This document shows, in pieces, positions 44,187 through 53,714 of a DNA stretch of 59,568 bases (the stretch's first letter is position 1; each line of letters starts with the position of its first letter). The DNA is taken from assembly GCA_964406165.1 (NCBI GenBank), contig CAYOQQ010000003.1, positions 1-59,568 of the forward strand, given 5' to 3'. The notes beneath the pieces were generated by a model. The model saw only the letters and a list, made by a program, of their open reading frames with translations. It did no database searches and was not told where the DNA came from. This stretch comes from an uncultured Candidatus Saccharibacteria bacterium (GTDB lineage: Bacteria; Patescibacteriota; Minisyncoccia; Phycocordibacterales; UBA5272). A program made the translations under genes and the position numbers.

Positions 44187-46271
44187 ATGTCAAGCAATGA
44201 ATCTACAGCCCCATTACGTTCAGGTCAGAAGAATGATAAACATTCTGGAATTTTTAATATTCAAGGATTTACTCCAAAAGGTGACCAGCCTCAAGCTATA
44301 GCTTCTTTAGTTGATGGACTAAAGAAGAACATGAAGCGACAGACTCTTCTTGGGGCAACAGGAACAGGGAAGACATTCACTATTGCTAATGTTATTCAAC
44401 AGGTGCAGAAGCCAACACTAGTGATTGCTCACAACAAGACTCTTGCTGCACAGCTCGCTCAAGAGTTCAGAACATTTTTCCCAGATGCTGCTGTGCACTA
44501 TTTCGTTTCGTACTATGACTACTACCAGCCTGAAGCATACATGCCGGTGACAGATACCTACATCGAAAAAGACGCACAGATTAATGAAGAAATTGATAGA
44601 CTCCGTCATGCTTCTACACAGGCACTCCTTACACGTAAAGATACTATCATTGTTGCATCGGTTTCTTGTATATATGGTCTCGGGAGTCCAAAAGATTATG
44701 AACGAGAAAACATCCGTATCTCAGTGGGAGATAGTGCTTCAAAAATTAATCTTATGCAGAAGTTCGTAGCTATTTATTATGAACGAACAAACGCAGACTT
44801 AACACCAGGGACATTTCGCGCACTTGGTAACAGAATCGATATCATGCCAATATCTGAGACGGTGATGCTTCAGATAGAAATAGCAGGAGGAAAGGTCTCA
44901 CATCTGCAGATTGTTGACCCGGTATCAATGAAGCTCCTTGAAGTGGTAAATGATTATTTTATTTTCCCAGCCAAGCACTTTATCTCTGATATCCCTACAC
45001 GTGAGCGAGCGGTACAGACAATCGAAGCTGAACTTAAAGAGCAGTTGGAATATTTTGATAAGGAAGGAAAAATACTTGAAGCAGAACGTCTCAAGCGTCG
45101 CACCAGATATGATGTAGCGATGATAAAAGAAGTTGGGTTCTGTCAGGGGGTTGAGAACTACTCACGTCACTTATCTGGGAAGGCACCAGGGGTAGCTCCT
45201 GATACGCTCCTTGAATATTTCCCACATGATAAACATGGCAACCCAGAATTTTTAACGGTGATAGATGAGTCACACGTTACACTCCCACAGCTACATGGTA
45301 TGTATGCAGGTGACCAGTCACGTAAAAGCACTCTTGTTGAATATGGCTTCAGACTACCAAGTGCAAAAGATAACCGACCGCTACGTTATGAAGAATTCGA
45401 AGAGCGAGTTGGGGATGTGGTGTATGTGAGCGCTACTCCTGGAACATATGAGCGAGAAACATCAGATCAGATAGTTCAGCAGATTATCCGTCCAACTGGA
45501 CTACTGGACCCAATTCTTGAAGTACGAAAGGTGCGAGAAGTTGCTGGAGCTTATAAAGGCCAAGTCCATGACTTTATCGAAGAAGCAGTTAAGGATGTTA
45601 ACAAGGGAGGACGAGTACTTGTAACAACTCTTACTAAGAAGATGGCAGAAGACCTTGCGACATACCTGAAGGAGCAGGGAGTAAAAGCAGAGTACCTCCA
45701 CAGTGACATTAAGACAATGGATCGTATTACTATCCTTACGAAGTTTAGAAAAGGAGGATTTGATTGTTTGGTTGGGGTTAACTTACTTCGTGAAGGGCTC
45801 GATCTTCCTGAAGTAACTCTTATTGGAATATTAGATGCTGATAAGGAAGGGTTCCTTCGTTCGGAGACTTCACTTATTCAGACGATTGGACGTGCTGCAC
45901 GTAACGCATTTGGTCGTGTGATTCTCTATGCTGATGTAATGACGGGGTCACTTGAGAGAGCAATTGCAGAAACAAATCGCCGCCGCACCATTCAAGAAGC
46001 GTATAACAAGGAGCATAATATTACTCCAACAACTATCATAAAGAATATTAAAGATATTACAGAGGGTATTGTGAGTGATCATGATAAAGCGGTGTCTGAT
46101 GAACTTAATCTCGATGCTAAGATTTTCGCTAAGAATCCTGATAAGTTACTGAAGCTCAAAGAAAAGCAAATGAAAGAAGCTGTGAAGATATTAGACTTCG
46201 AAACAGCAGCAATTTTGCGTGATGAGCTAGAGGTACTTCGTATGCGCCTTTCGAATAAGGCAGACAAATAA
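44187..46271 (+). CDS. uvrB: Excinuclease ABC subunit B
   Basis: GDQPQAI, GATGTGKTFT, DESH, and the C-terminal UVR domain. Confidence 0.95.
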   Translation: MSSNESTAPLRSGQKNDKHSGIFNIQGFTPKGDQPQAIASLVDGLKKNMKRQTLLGATGTGKTFTIANVIQQVQKPTLVIAHNKTLAAQLAQEFRTFFPDAAVHYFVSYYDYYQPEAYMPVTDTYIEKDAQINEEIDRLRHASTQALLTRKDTIIVASVSCIYGLGSPKDYERENIRISVGDSASKINLMQKFVAIYYERTNADLTPGTFRALGNRIDIMPISETVMLQIEIAGGKVSHLQIVDPVSMKLLEVVNDYFIFPAKHFISDIPTRERAVQTIEAELKEQLEYFDKEGKILEAERLKRRTRYDVAMIKEVGFCQGVENYSRHLSGKAPGVAPDTLLEYFPHDKHGNPEFLTVIDESHVTLPQLHGMYAGDQSRKSTLVEYGFRLPSAKDNRPLRYEEFEERVGDVVYVSATPGTYERETSDQIVQQIIRPTGLLDPILEVRKVREVAGAYKGQVHDFIEEAVKDVNKGGRVLVTTLTKKMAEDLATYLKEQGVKAEYLHSDIKTMDRITILTKFRKGGFDCLVGVNLLREGLDLPEVTLIGILDADKEGFLRSETSLIQTIGRAARNAFGRVILYADVMTGSLERAIAETNRRRTIQEAYNKEHNITPTTIIKNIKDITEGIVSDHDKAVSDELNLDAKIFAKNPDKLLKLKEKQMKEAVKILDFETAAILRDELEVLRMRLSNKADK

Positions 46272-46324
46272 TAAAGAAAAGATATTCTCTGTTAGTTCTC
46301 ATTACTGCAAGGTATACTTCATAT

Positions 46325-46909
46325 ATGGAAAAAGGTATTTCGTACTTTCTAGGTTTTAGTGCGGTTGTATATATCTGTGTTGTTGGTGTTTATATTACAC
46401 AGTACTCTAATGCTGTACGAAATAAGATACCAACTGCAATTACTAGTAACGATGAGCTGCTAGAAAGTGGAGCATACAGTGATCCTCAAAAAAGATTTAG
46501 TATTAGAATTCCAAAAGAATGGAAACTAAATAGTGACGGTGCAACACACGTAAAATCTATCGTAGCTTTTGAGTCTGGGCGAGGGAGTGATGAGTTTCGT
46601 CAAATTTCTATCTCACCACTTTCTCGCACAAGGTCACTTGAGCAATTGCTGGCGAGTCCACTTGTCGACTTCTCTTCTGTGTTACGAGGTGTCACGGTTA
46701 CAGAAGATACTGTTGTAACTGCTCATGGTGAAACAATGAGACTTCTTGTGGGAACATACAGTTCTCGTGGGGTAATGTATAGAGAATACATTCTGTTTAC
46801 TTCACATAACGATGCATCGTATGTAGTGTTCGGCTCTGCTCGAGATACATTATGGGGAAAGTATAAAGACGAGATACGTTCCTCGATTATATCGCTAGAA
46901 CTAAAATAG
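46325..46909 (+). CDS. Membrane-anchored hypothetical protein
   Basis: TATACT lies 6 nt before the ATG. One N-terminal TM helix. Confidence 0.5.
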   Translation: MEKGISYFLGFSAVVYICVVGVYITQYSNAVRNKIPTAITSNDELLESGAYSDPQKRFSIRIPKEWKLNSDGATHVKSIVAFESGRGSDEFRQISISPLSRTRSLEQLLASPLVDFSSVLRGVTVTEDTVVTAHGETMRLLVGTYSSRGVMYREYILFTSHNDASYVVFGSARDTLWGKYKDEIRSSIISLELK

Positions 46910-46996
46910 GTTGTTATTATAGAGCAATAAAGTATTTACATTTATAAAAATATGTGTTTTTGCATGTTTTTGTAGGAAGCGTATACTAACAATCAT

Positions 46997-47647
46997 ATGA
47001 AAAGATATGTACCGATAATTATAGGCGTTGTAGCTCTTTGTGCTGTTTTATATTTAGGAAGTAGTAAGATGAGTGGTGACACAGATGTTGCAATTGATGA
47101 AGCAACTTCATCAGAAGTAACAAGTAAGTCATTCCAGGGTTCATTTACAAAAGTATCAGGTGGAGAATTTACTCTTCAATATGGTTTTGATTTACCAGAG
47201 ACAGCAACTGCAACAGTTACTATGAATGGCGCACTTGTAAAAGTGTCAGATAGTGACATGCCTGTACTTGCGATGTACGTAAGTTACGAAGGTGATCGTG
47301 GTTATACACCAGCTGATTATATTACTAAGAATATTATGACTAAGGTTGCTGGGGTAACTATGCAAGAAGCTAAGATGGTTGGTAAGTTCGACTGGTCTGT
47401 TGCTGAATCTGCTAACAGTGTATGGCACGTAGCATCTGTAGAAGGTGGTAAGTGGCTTCTTGTTGTAGAAAACAAGAAAGCTGACACTGAGAAGGCAGCA
47501 GTAATTCTCGAGACTGCTGTTGTATCAACTCCTGGAGTTGCCTCAATGGATACTGTAGAAGCTGAAAAACCAGCAGACACAAATACAGAAGGCAGTGCTG
47601 AGACTGGAGCAACAGAAACTGAAGAAGTTCCAGTAACAGGTAAATAG
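46997..47647 (+). CDS. Membrane-anchored or secreted hypothetical protein with an acidic tail
   Basis: TATACT lies 9 nt before the ATG. N-terminal TM helix. Confidence 0.5.
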   Translation: MKRYVPIIIGVVALCAVLYLGSSKMSGDTDVAIDEATSSEVTSKSFQGSFTKVSGGEFTLQYGFDLPETATATVTMNGALVKVSDSDMPVLAMYVSYEGDRGYTPADYITKNIMTKVAGVTMQEAKMVGKFDWSVAESANSVWHVASVEGGKWLLVVENKKADTEKAAVILETAVVSTPGVASMDTVEAEKPADTNTEGSAETGATETEEVPVTGK

Positions 47648-47749
47648 TTTTATATATAATACCTATGAAAACAAAAAGCGCCGGGAAGGCGCTCTTTGTT
47701 TTATTTTAGAAAAGAAAAAAGCCACGAGTGTGGCTTTGCTTGTAGAAAT

Positions 47750-47920
47750 CTATTGAATCTGGGTGCTCTTGAATGCACCATCAGTGGTCTTGTCATACTT
47801 TGTCTTGTCCAGGTCAATTGTTCTGACCGGTTCACGTGTCGGTGTTCCGAGTTGTTGTCTGGATGATCCGCCGTTTGCGCGAGGCATGGGGCAGACACTT
47901 CTTGATTGCTGGTAAGACAT
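47750..47920 (-). CDS. Candidate 56-aa protein in a GC-richer mini-cassette
   Basis: AGGAGA lies 5 nt before the ATG. TTGCAA-N16-TATGAT promoter, a 5'UTR hairpin, and the terminator AAAGCCACACTCGTGGCTTTTTT. This differs from the overlapping tracked GTG frame 47701..47940. Confidence 0.4.
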   Translation of the reverse strand: MSYQQSRSVCPMPRANGGSSRQQLGTPTREPVRTIDLDKTKYDKTTDGAFKSTQIQ

Positions 47921-48031
47921 GAAGTTCTCCTGTTCTTCACTGCACAGCCTTCTTTATTTCAAAAGAAGGTCCTGTCAGATATCATACAATATTTCTGTAC
48001 GATTGCAATATAAATATGGTAGAGTATCCAC

Positions 48032-49087
48032 ATGAATCAACATATGCAAGGAGAGGGTCGAAAAAAAGTATTTGTTGGTATGTCAGGAGGCGTAGACTCT
48101 TCTGTGTCTGCACTTTTACTTAAACAGCAAGGATACGATGTTACTGGGGTGTTTATAAAAGTTTGGCAGCCAGACTTTATCGAATGTACTTGGAAAGAAG
48201 ACAGACTAGATGCAATGCGAGTTGCTGCGCTTTTAGATATTCCTTTTATGACACTTGATCTTGAGAAAGAATATAAAGAAGGGGTGATTGATTATATGAT
48301 AGATGAGTACAAAAAAGGGAGGACACCGAACCCAGATGTGATGTGTAATCGTGAAGTGAAGTTCGGCGCGTTTTTAAAATGGGCAAAATCACACGGTGCT
48401 GACTATGTGGCAACTGGGCATTATGCAGAACATAACGGGAGTTCATTAATTAAGAGTAAGGACGAGAACAAGGATCAGACGTATTTTTTATGGGCTTTAA
48501 AAAAAGATCTGTTCCCTTCAATACTATTTCCAGTAGGTGGTATGGAAAAGAGTAAAGTTCGAGAATTAGCTGAAGCTGCTAAGCTGCCAGTAAGTGCAAA
48601 AAAAGATAGCCAAGGGCTATGTTTCGTTGGAACAATTGATATTAAGACGCTTCTTAAAAAATATATTAATGAAAAGGAAGGGAATGTATTTAATGAAGAT
48701 GGTGAAGTGATTGGTGGTCATACTGGAGTGATGTTTTATACAATTGGTGAGCGGCATGGTTTTACAATTACAAAAAAGACAACAGAAGATAAGCCGTATT
48801 TTATTATTGCAAAAGATATAGAAAACAATTCACTAACTGTGTCACACATAGAACCGACAGAAAAAACAGGGGAATCAATTAAGCTTGAAAAAATAAACTG
48901 GACACAGGATGTTAAGCCAGGCGAAGTGTACGAAGCTCGTGCACGCTATAGAGCACCACTTGCTCGTGTAGAAGTGATAAGTGAATCTGAGATGAAAGTA
49001 ATAAGCGGAGAATTAACAAAAGCCTCAGGTCAGTCGCTAGTACTCTATGATGGTAATGTATGTATCGGGGGGGGGATTATAAGATAG
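48032..49087 (+). CDS. mnmA: tRNA-specific 2-thiouridylase
   Basis: VFVGMSGGVDSSVSALLLK PP-loop motif, and the overall length. Confidence 0.92.
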   Translation: MNQHMQGEGRKKVFVGMSGGVDSSVSALLLKQQGYDVTGVFIKVWQPDFIECTWKEDRLDAMRVAALLDIPFMTLDLEKEYKEGVIDYMIDEYKKGRTPNPDVMCNREVKFGAFLKWAKSHGADYVATGHYAEHNGSSLIKSKDENKDQTYFLWALKKDLFPSILFPVGGMEKSKVRELAEAAKLPVSAKKDSQGLCFVGTIDIKTLLKKYINEKEGNVFNEDGEVIGGHTGVMFYTIGERHGFTITKKTTEDKPYFIIAKDIENNSLTVSHIEPTEKTGESIKLEKINWTQDVKPGEVYEARARYRAPLARVEVISESEMKVISGELTKASGQSLVLYDGNVCIGGGIIR

Positions 49088-49211
49088 ACTTTAGACCTTA
49101 GCCTGTAGACTGTAACTAAATACAAAAGCGGACCGTGTTCACTACTCTCGTATCGTCATTGTATTTTTTTTGAGTATATTTTTCTCTACAGTCTACAGTC
49201 TACAGTCTAAT
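49085..49211. repeat. Convergent-gene spacer element, homolog of 36774-36898. The right arm is (CTACAGT)x3.
   Basis: TAGACTTTAGACCTTAGCCTGTAGACTGTAACTAAATACAAA ... CTCTACAGTCTACAGTCTACAGTC. Confidence 0.85.
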
Positions 49212-49935
49212 GGCTATGCCCGTGCCCACCATGTTTTTTATGGTGTCTAACTTCTAGGTACATAATCCAAAGTACGATTGCAGATAAGGACGAGATACTT
49301 GCTATTTCTAATGATTGGAATTGTTCTTCGTTAAACTGTTTTCCAAGTATATAGATAAGGATAGCCGCAACTGGGGAGCCGATCTGTGCAGCTATACCGT
49401 AGATAATTGTTCTTTTAACAGTAAGACCTAGTCCTCTAAAAATAGTAAGTGTGCCAATGATTTTAGGTAATTCGTGGATAACAATGCCAATGGTGGCAGC
49501 ATACCCAACAATTGGATTTATAAGATAAGTCATACCAATAACTGCACCGTCTAACAGTGAATGGAACGCTTCACTAATAACGATACCTTTTGCACCATCT
49601 TCTCTAACATCGTGACTATGACCATGAGAGAATCTTGAGAGTATAAAAAGGGTAAGGGACGCACCACCAATACTAGCCAGTGCATCTTTCCATGTGAACA
49701 GCCCCCCATGTTCCTTAATCGTTGCGTGTACAGTATATGAAAGAAGGAGTACACCAAGACTAAGTAATAATAGTTTAATTTTACCTTTAAAGATATCAAC
49801 ACGAAGCATAAGTGCTAAAAAGGCAAGGAGTGGAAGAGCGCTCGCACTTAGAATCATAAGTACAAACGAATAGTTAAATGATACATGAGATAGCATGATA
49901 GACACTATTCTATAATTTATGCGAATAATTTGCAA
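49207..49935 (-). CDS. ZIP-family metal (zinc) transporter with a His-rich C-terminus. The start may be Met14 at 49896.
   Basis: FHSLLDGAVIG, IVIHELPKIIG, and the tail HHKKHGGHGHSH. Confidence 0.75.
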   Translation of the reverse strand: MQIIRINYRIVSIMLSHVSFNYSFVLMILSASALPLLAFLALMLRVDIFKGKIKLLLLSLGVLLLSYTVHATIKEHGGLFTWKDALASIGGASLTLFILSRFSHGHSHDVREDGAKGIVISEAFHSLLDGAVIGMTYLINPIVGYAATIGIVIHELPKIIGTLTIFRGLGLTVKRTIIYGIAAQIGSPVAAILIYILGKQFNEEQFQSLEIASISSLSAIVLWIMYLEVRHHKKHGGHGHSH

Positions 49936-49978
49936 CAGTGTTGTACTTCATCTTTGAGCATGATAGAATGCCGATATT

Positions 49979-50407
49979 ATGGCACGATACACTAACGAAG
50001 AATTAGAGACAATGTTACAAGAAGCGGATTTGCGAGTCACAGGCCATCGTGTAACTGTCCTAGCAACAGTTGCCAGGGTTAGGCAACCAATCACTGTGTA
50101 TGAGCTCGTAGAGGTGCTACGTAAAAAACATAACATTGATCAGGCAACGGTGTATCGTAACCTGGCATCCTTACACGAAGCAGGATTGCTTCGACGTCTT
50201 GATTTCAACCATGGGCATGCACACTATGAGCTGGAGACCGGAAGAGCATCACATCAGCTTGTGTGTCAGAAGTGTGAGACAATCGAAAAAATTGAAGGAA
50301 TATCAGTTGATGATGCAGTTAAAAAGATGCTTAAGAAAAGTAAGAAGTTTAAAAATACAACGACACATTCTATTGAGATATATGGAGTATGTAAATCTTG
50401 TGCATAG
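49979..50407 (+). CDS. Fur-family metalloregulator (probably Zur, given the divergent ZIP gene)
   Basis: Winged-helix segment ..ATVYRNLASLHEAGLL.., then HAHYELE, CxxC..CxxC. Confidence 0.85.
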   Translation: MARYTNEELETMLQEADLRVTGHRVTVLATVARVRQPITVYELVEVLRKKHNIDQATVYRNLASLHEAGLLRRLDFNHGHAHYELETGRASHQLVCQKCETIEKIEGISVDDAVKKMLKKSKKFKNTTTHSIEIYGVCKSCA

Positions 50408-50505
50408 GATTTGTATTGTTTAAAAATTTTTAATTTAAAATTTAAAATTCTTAAACAATATAAGACCAAAAATTTACATATAAGCGTTCGTGGTATACTT
50501 TTCTC

Positions 50506-50961
50506 ATGTTAAAACTACACCAAAAAGCACCAGCATTTTCATTACAAGATCAGCATGGAGAAACTCATACACTAAAGCAATATCTCGGTAAGAAAGTACT
50601 AGTTTATTTTTACCCAAAGGATGATACTCCGGGGTGTACAACAGAAGCATGTAACTTTAGAGATAACTATCAGGACCTCAGTGATGCTGGACTCGTAGTT
50701 CTTGGAATTAGTAAAGATACCGTAAAGAGTCATAAGAAGTTTGCAGAAAAGTACGACTTACCATTTCCTCTTCTTGCTGATGAAGATACAAGTGTGTGTC
50801 AGGCATATGGGGTCTGGGGGATGAAAAAATTCATGGGGCGAGAATATATGGGTAACTCCCGTATGAGTTTTTTAATTGATGAAAAGGGGAATATTGCAAA
50901 AATATACGAAGAAGTAAAACCTAAAGAACATACACAAGAAGTTGCGAAAGATATTGCATAA
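50506..50961 (+). CDS. bcp: Thiol peroxidase Bcp (peroxiredoxin)
   Basis: FYPKDDTPGCTTEAC active site. Confidence 0.9.
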   Translation: MLKLHQKAPAFSLQDQHGETHTLKQYLGKKVLVYFYPKDDTPGCTTEACNFRDNYQDLSDAGLVVLGISKDTVKSHKKFAEKYDLPFPLLADEDTSVCQAYGVWGMKKFMGREYMGNSRMSFLIDEKGNIAKIYEEVKPKEHTQEVAKDIA

Positions 50962-50993
50962 AAAAACCGCACAATATGTGCGGTGCTCTGCAG

Positions 50994-51377
50994 TTACTCC
51001 TCAATGAACGGAAGAATCTCTTCAAGCTCAGGGTAGTTTTCTGCTCCAAGTAAGTCCTCGTCAAGGATAATGATGAAACGAGCACGCTCTAGATGAGGGC
51101 TCTTTCCAACAGCTTCAATATCTTTAAATACTACTGAACGAATACGGGTGAGGTCTACTCTTTTTTTGTAGATCTTTTCACATTCTTCATGAAGTAAGAG
51201 AAGTGCATGGTGCCCTTCCCATTGATTTTGAGACACCACAATCATAGTGATGATTTCATTTGATACCGGCTTTACGCCGAGTCGTGTATAAAGATCCTGA
51301 CTTGTTCTAATTCTTTGCTTGTTGAGCTCTGCTAATTTTGCTAAGAACTCATTGTTGGAAAAAATGAAGTGTGCCAA
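50994..51377 (-). CDS. Hypothetical protein (127 aa, TTG start as tracked)
   Basis: ORF only. GAAAGG lies upstream of the TTG. Confidence 0.4.
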   Translation of the reverse strand: MAHFIFSNNEFLAKLAELNKQRIRTSQDLYTRLGVKPVSNEIITMIVVSQNQWEGHHALLLLHEECEKIYKKRVDLTRIRSVVFKDIEAVGKSPHLERARFIIILDEDLLGAENYPELEEILPFIEE

Positions 51378-51503
51378 AACGAAACCTTTCTTTGTTATTG
51401 CTGGGCTTATACACTATACCAGCATTTGTTAAAAAGTAAATCGTACCATTGAAATAGGAAAAGAAAATGACTCTCTTTGGGAGAGTCATGAGCTTAGGTC
51501 GCC

Positions 51504-51947
51504 TTAGCTGTAGCGATAAGGAACTTGTCGGCGAGGCACCTGGACAGGTGCTGAAAAGAACACTATTGAAGCCGGTGCAGCAATGGTCTTGATTCCATTT
51601 GCAAGTTCGTCAACAATTTTGCTGAGCTGGTTCTTTGCCCACGTAAGCAGTGCTTCAAGCTTTGCGGTGATGACATCTTTTCGGGTTTCGTAAATCCTGA
51701 AAATTGCATCATTGCTTTGAATGAGTGCTACTCCTTTTTCCGTCTTTACTCCAGTCAACTGGGTAGACAAAAGAACGAAAGGAACAGGTTCTCCAACGTA
51801 GGGCTTATCATGCCTAATGTTGAGGAACTCGAAGTTGATGCGGTGTTTACGCATCTCTTGAAACAAGGATTCAAGTGTTTCCACTAACTCTGTGCAGATA
51901 CCCGTGGGTTCTCTTTGTTCGATGCTGCCAATCTGTTTGCGTGCCAT
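51504..51947 (-). CDS. Hypothetical protein (147 aa)
   Basis: ORF with a leader of about 100 nt and a downstream hairpin terminator (ATGACTCTC-CCAA-AGAGAGTCAT on the minus strand). Confidence 0.5.
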   Translation of the reverse strand: MARKQIGSIEQREPTGICTELVETLESLFQEMRKHRINFEFLNIRHDKPYVGEPVPFVLLSTQLTGVKTEKGVALIQSNDAIFRIYETRKDVITAKLEALLTWAKNQLSKIVDELANGIKTIAAPASIVFFSAPVQVPRRQVPYRYS

Positions 51948-52102
51948 TTATTTTCCGATCGAAATTGTAAGGATCAAAAGTAGGTTGCCTGTGAGGGTTC
52001 CTACCGTTCTTGTGTGGGTGGTCCGTTTCTATCGGGTGCCACCTTGTAATACTACATCTCAGGATAACTATTGTAAAGGGGACTATAGTGGTACTGGTGT
52101 GT

Positions 52103-52145
52103 AGAAAGAAACAAGCGACGCCGTAGGCGTCGCTTGTTTCTTTCT
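52103..52145. terminator. Long perfect hairpin terminator after the DsbA-like gene
   Basis: AGAAAGAAACAAGCGACGCC-GTA-GGCGTCGCTTGTTTCTTTCT. Confidence 0.85.
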
Positions 52146-52160
52146 AACTAACTTCACACC

Positions 52161-52979
52161 TTATTTAGCTAGCGCTTCCTCTACGGTTGCCTTAAAGTAT
52201 TCATATGGACGAGCACCACTTACAAGAGAAACAACTTCATACCCTTTTCTGGTCTTTGTAAGAATAAAGGTCGCAGGTGTTCCTTCAACTCCAGCTGTAA
52301 TACCATCCTGAGTGCTTGCGTTAACTGCATCACCTGGCTCACTACTTTGCATACAACTATCAAACGCCTTACCGTCTATACCAATATTTTTCGCTAGAGA
52401 TTCACGTCCTCCTTTTGGTAGTACCATGTTTTGCTTACCAATCTTGTAGGTGAACATTTCATTAATATAATCCATTCTTTTTTGTGCGCCGCCAATTTTA
52501 CCAACACAATATACTGCGCGAGCTTCATCGAATGCGTCAGGGTGAATCTGAGTGAGTGGGAAATATCTATACACAAATGACACTTTAGAGCCGTATTGTT
52601 CTTGTAATTTCTTCATGGTTGGATGCAATTGTGCACAAAATGGGCATTCAGTATCTGAGTATTCAACAACGATAACATCACTATTTGTCTTGCCTGTAGC
52701 TAAATCTGTCGCATCAATTGGTCTCCCTTTAAATAACTCTGACTTAGCTGTTCCATTTGACTGAGCGTCTGACATGAGTATTCCATACCCAATGTGTGAA
52801 AATGAAATAAGAAGTGCGCCGATAATAATAGCTGTTGAAGTAGAGAGTCCTTTGTTGTGCTTTTTAGGTGGGACTGAAGTGTGCTCTTGTGTATCCGTTA
52901 TAAGATTTTTGACTTCCTCTATTTTCCCTTCAATTTTCTTTTCTTCATGTAAAATAGTTGTAAGTGTTGGTTCTTGCAT
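52161..52979 (-). CDS. DsbA-family thiol:disulfide oxidoreductase, membrane-anchored
   Basis: CPFC active site in a thioredoxin-fold context. N-terminal TM helix. Confidence 0.8.
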   Translation of the reverse strand: MQEPTLTTILHEEKKIEGKIEEVKNLITDTQEHTSVPPKKHNKGLSTSTAIIIGALLISFSHIGYGILMSDAQSNGTAKSELFKGRPIDATDLATGKTNSDVIVVEYSDTECPFCAQLHPTMKKLQEQYGSKVSFVYRYFPLTQIHPDAFDEARAVYCVGKIGGAQKRMDYINEMFTYKIGKQNMVLPKGGRESLAKNIGIDGKAFDSCMQSSEPGDAVNASTQDGITAGVEGTPATFILTKTRKGYEVVSLVSGARPYEYFKATVEEALAK

Positions 52980-53088
52980 ATTGATTAATAGTTAATGACT
53001 AGCAGGCGAGTCTACATCGTATCTATAAAAGTATAGTAAACATATTATATTATCTGTATATCGTTTATACTATAGCCTACATCATATC

Positions 53089-53673
53089 ATGAATCAAAAA
53101 GTTCACCCCATTTTCTCACAAAAAATATTTTCTCATATTATCGCATCATCGCTTCTTGAATTTGGACCAGTAATCTTATTCTTGGTCTCATATCGCTTTT
53201 TACGTATCTACGAGTCAACGATGCTGCTCATGATTGCAACTATTGTTTCGACTATTATTACATACCGTATTCAGAAGAGAATCCCGTATCTTGCGCTCTA
53301 TGTAGCATTTATTACTATTGTCTTTGGTTTTTTGACACTTCATTTTCATAAAGTGAAGTTTATTCAAATGCGAGATAGTCTCTATGATGCAACATGTGCT
53401 CTAACATTATTTTTAGGTATACGATTTAATATTAGTTTCCTATCTCTTGCCTTTGACAGAGTTCTTCCGATGACTGCACGTGCCTGGGATAAGTTAACAT
53501 ATCTATGGATTACTTATTTTCTTATTATTGCGGCAAGTAACGAAATAGCTCGTAGGTTTTTATCTATAGGAGACTGGTTAGTATTTAAAGGTTTTATTTT
53601 GATTATGACTTCATGTTTTGGTTTCTTTTCGCTCTATATTAGTTATGAAGCAAAACATAAGAAAGTGGCATAG
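53089..53673 (+). CDS. YciB/IspZ-like intracellular septation membrane protein
   Basis: Five TM helices, and the pattern ..VFGFLTLHFHKVKFIQMRDS.. is similar to YciB. Confidence 0.55.
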   Translation: MNQKVHPIFSQKIFSHIIASSLLEFGPVILFLVSYRFLRIYESTMLLMIATIVSTIITYRIQKRIPYLALYVAFITIVFGFLTLHFHKVKFIQMRDSLYDATCALTLFLGIRFNISFLSLAFDRVLPMTARAWDKLTYLWITYFLIIAASNEIARRFLSIGDWLVFKGFILIMTSCFGFFSLYISYEAKHKKVA

Positions 53674-53714
53674 GTGGCTAATTCGGTATATTTTGTGGTA
53701 GAATAGATGTCATT

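Noticed and set aside
49897-49978. Zur/Fur box in the ZIP-fur divergent spacer.
   Set aside because: I see only a direct ATAATTT..ATAATTT repeat. There is no convincing 7-1-7 inverted repeat, so I cannot support an operator call from the sequence alone.
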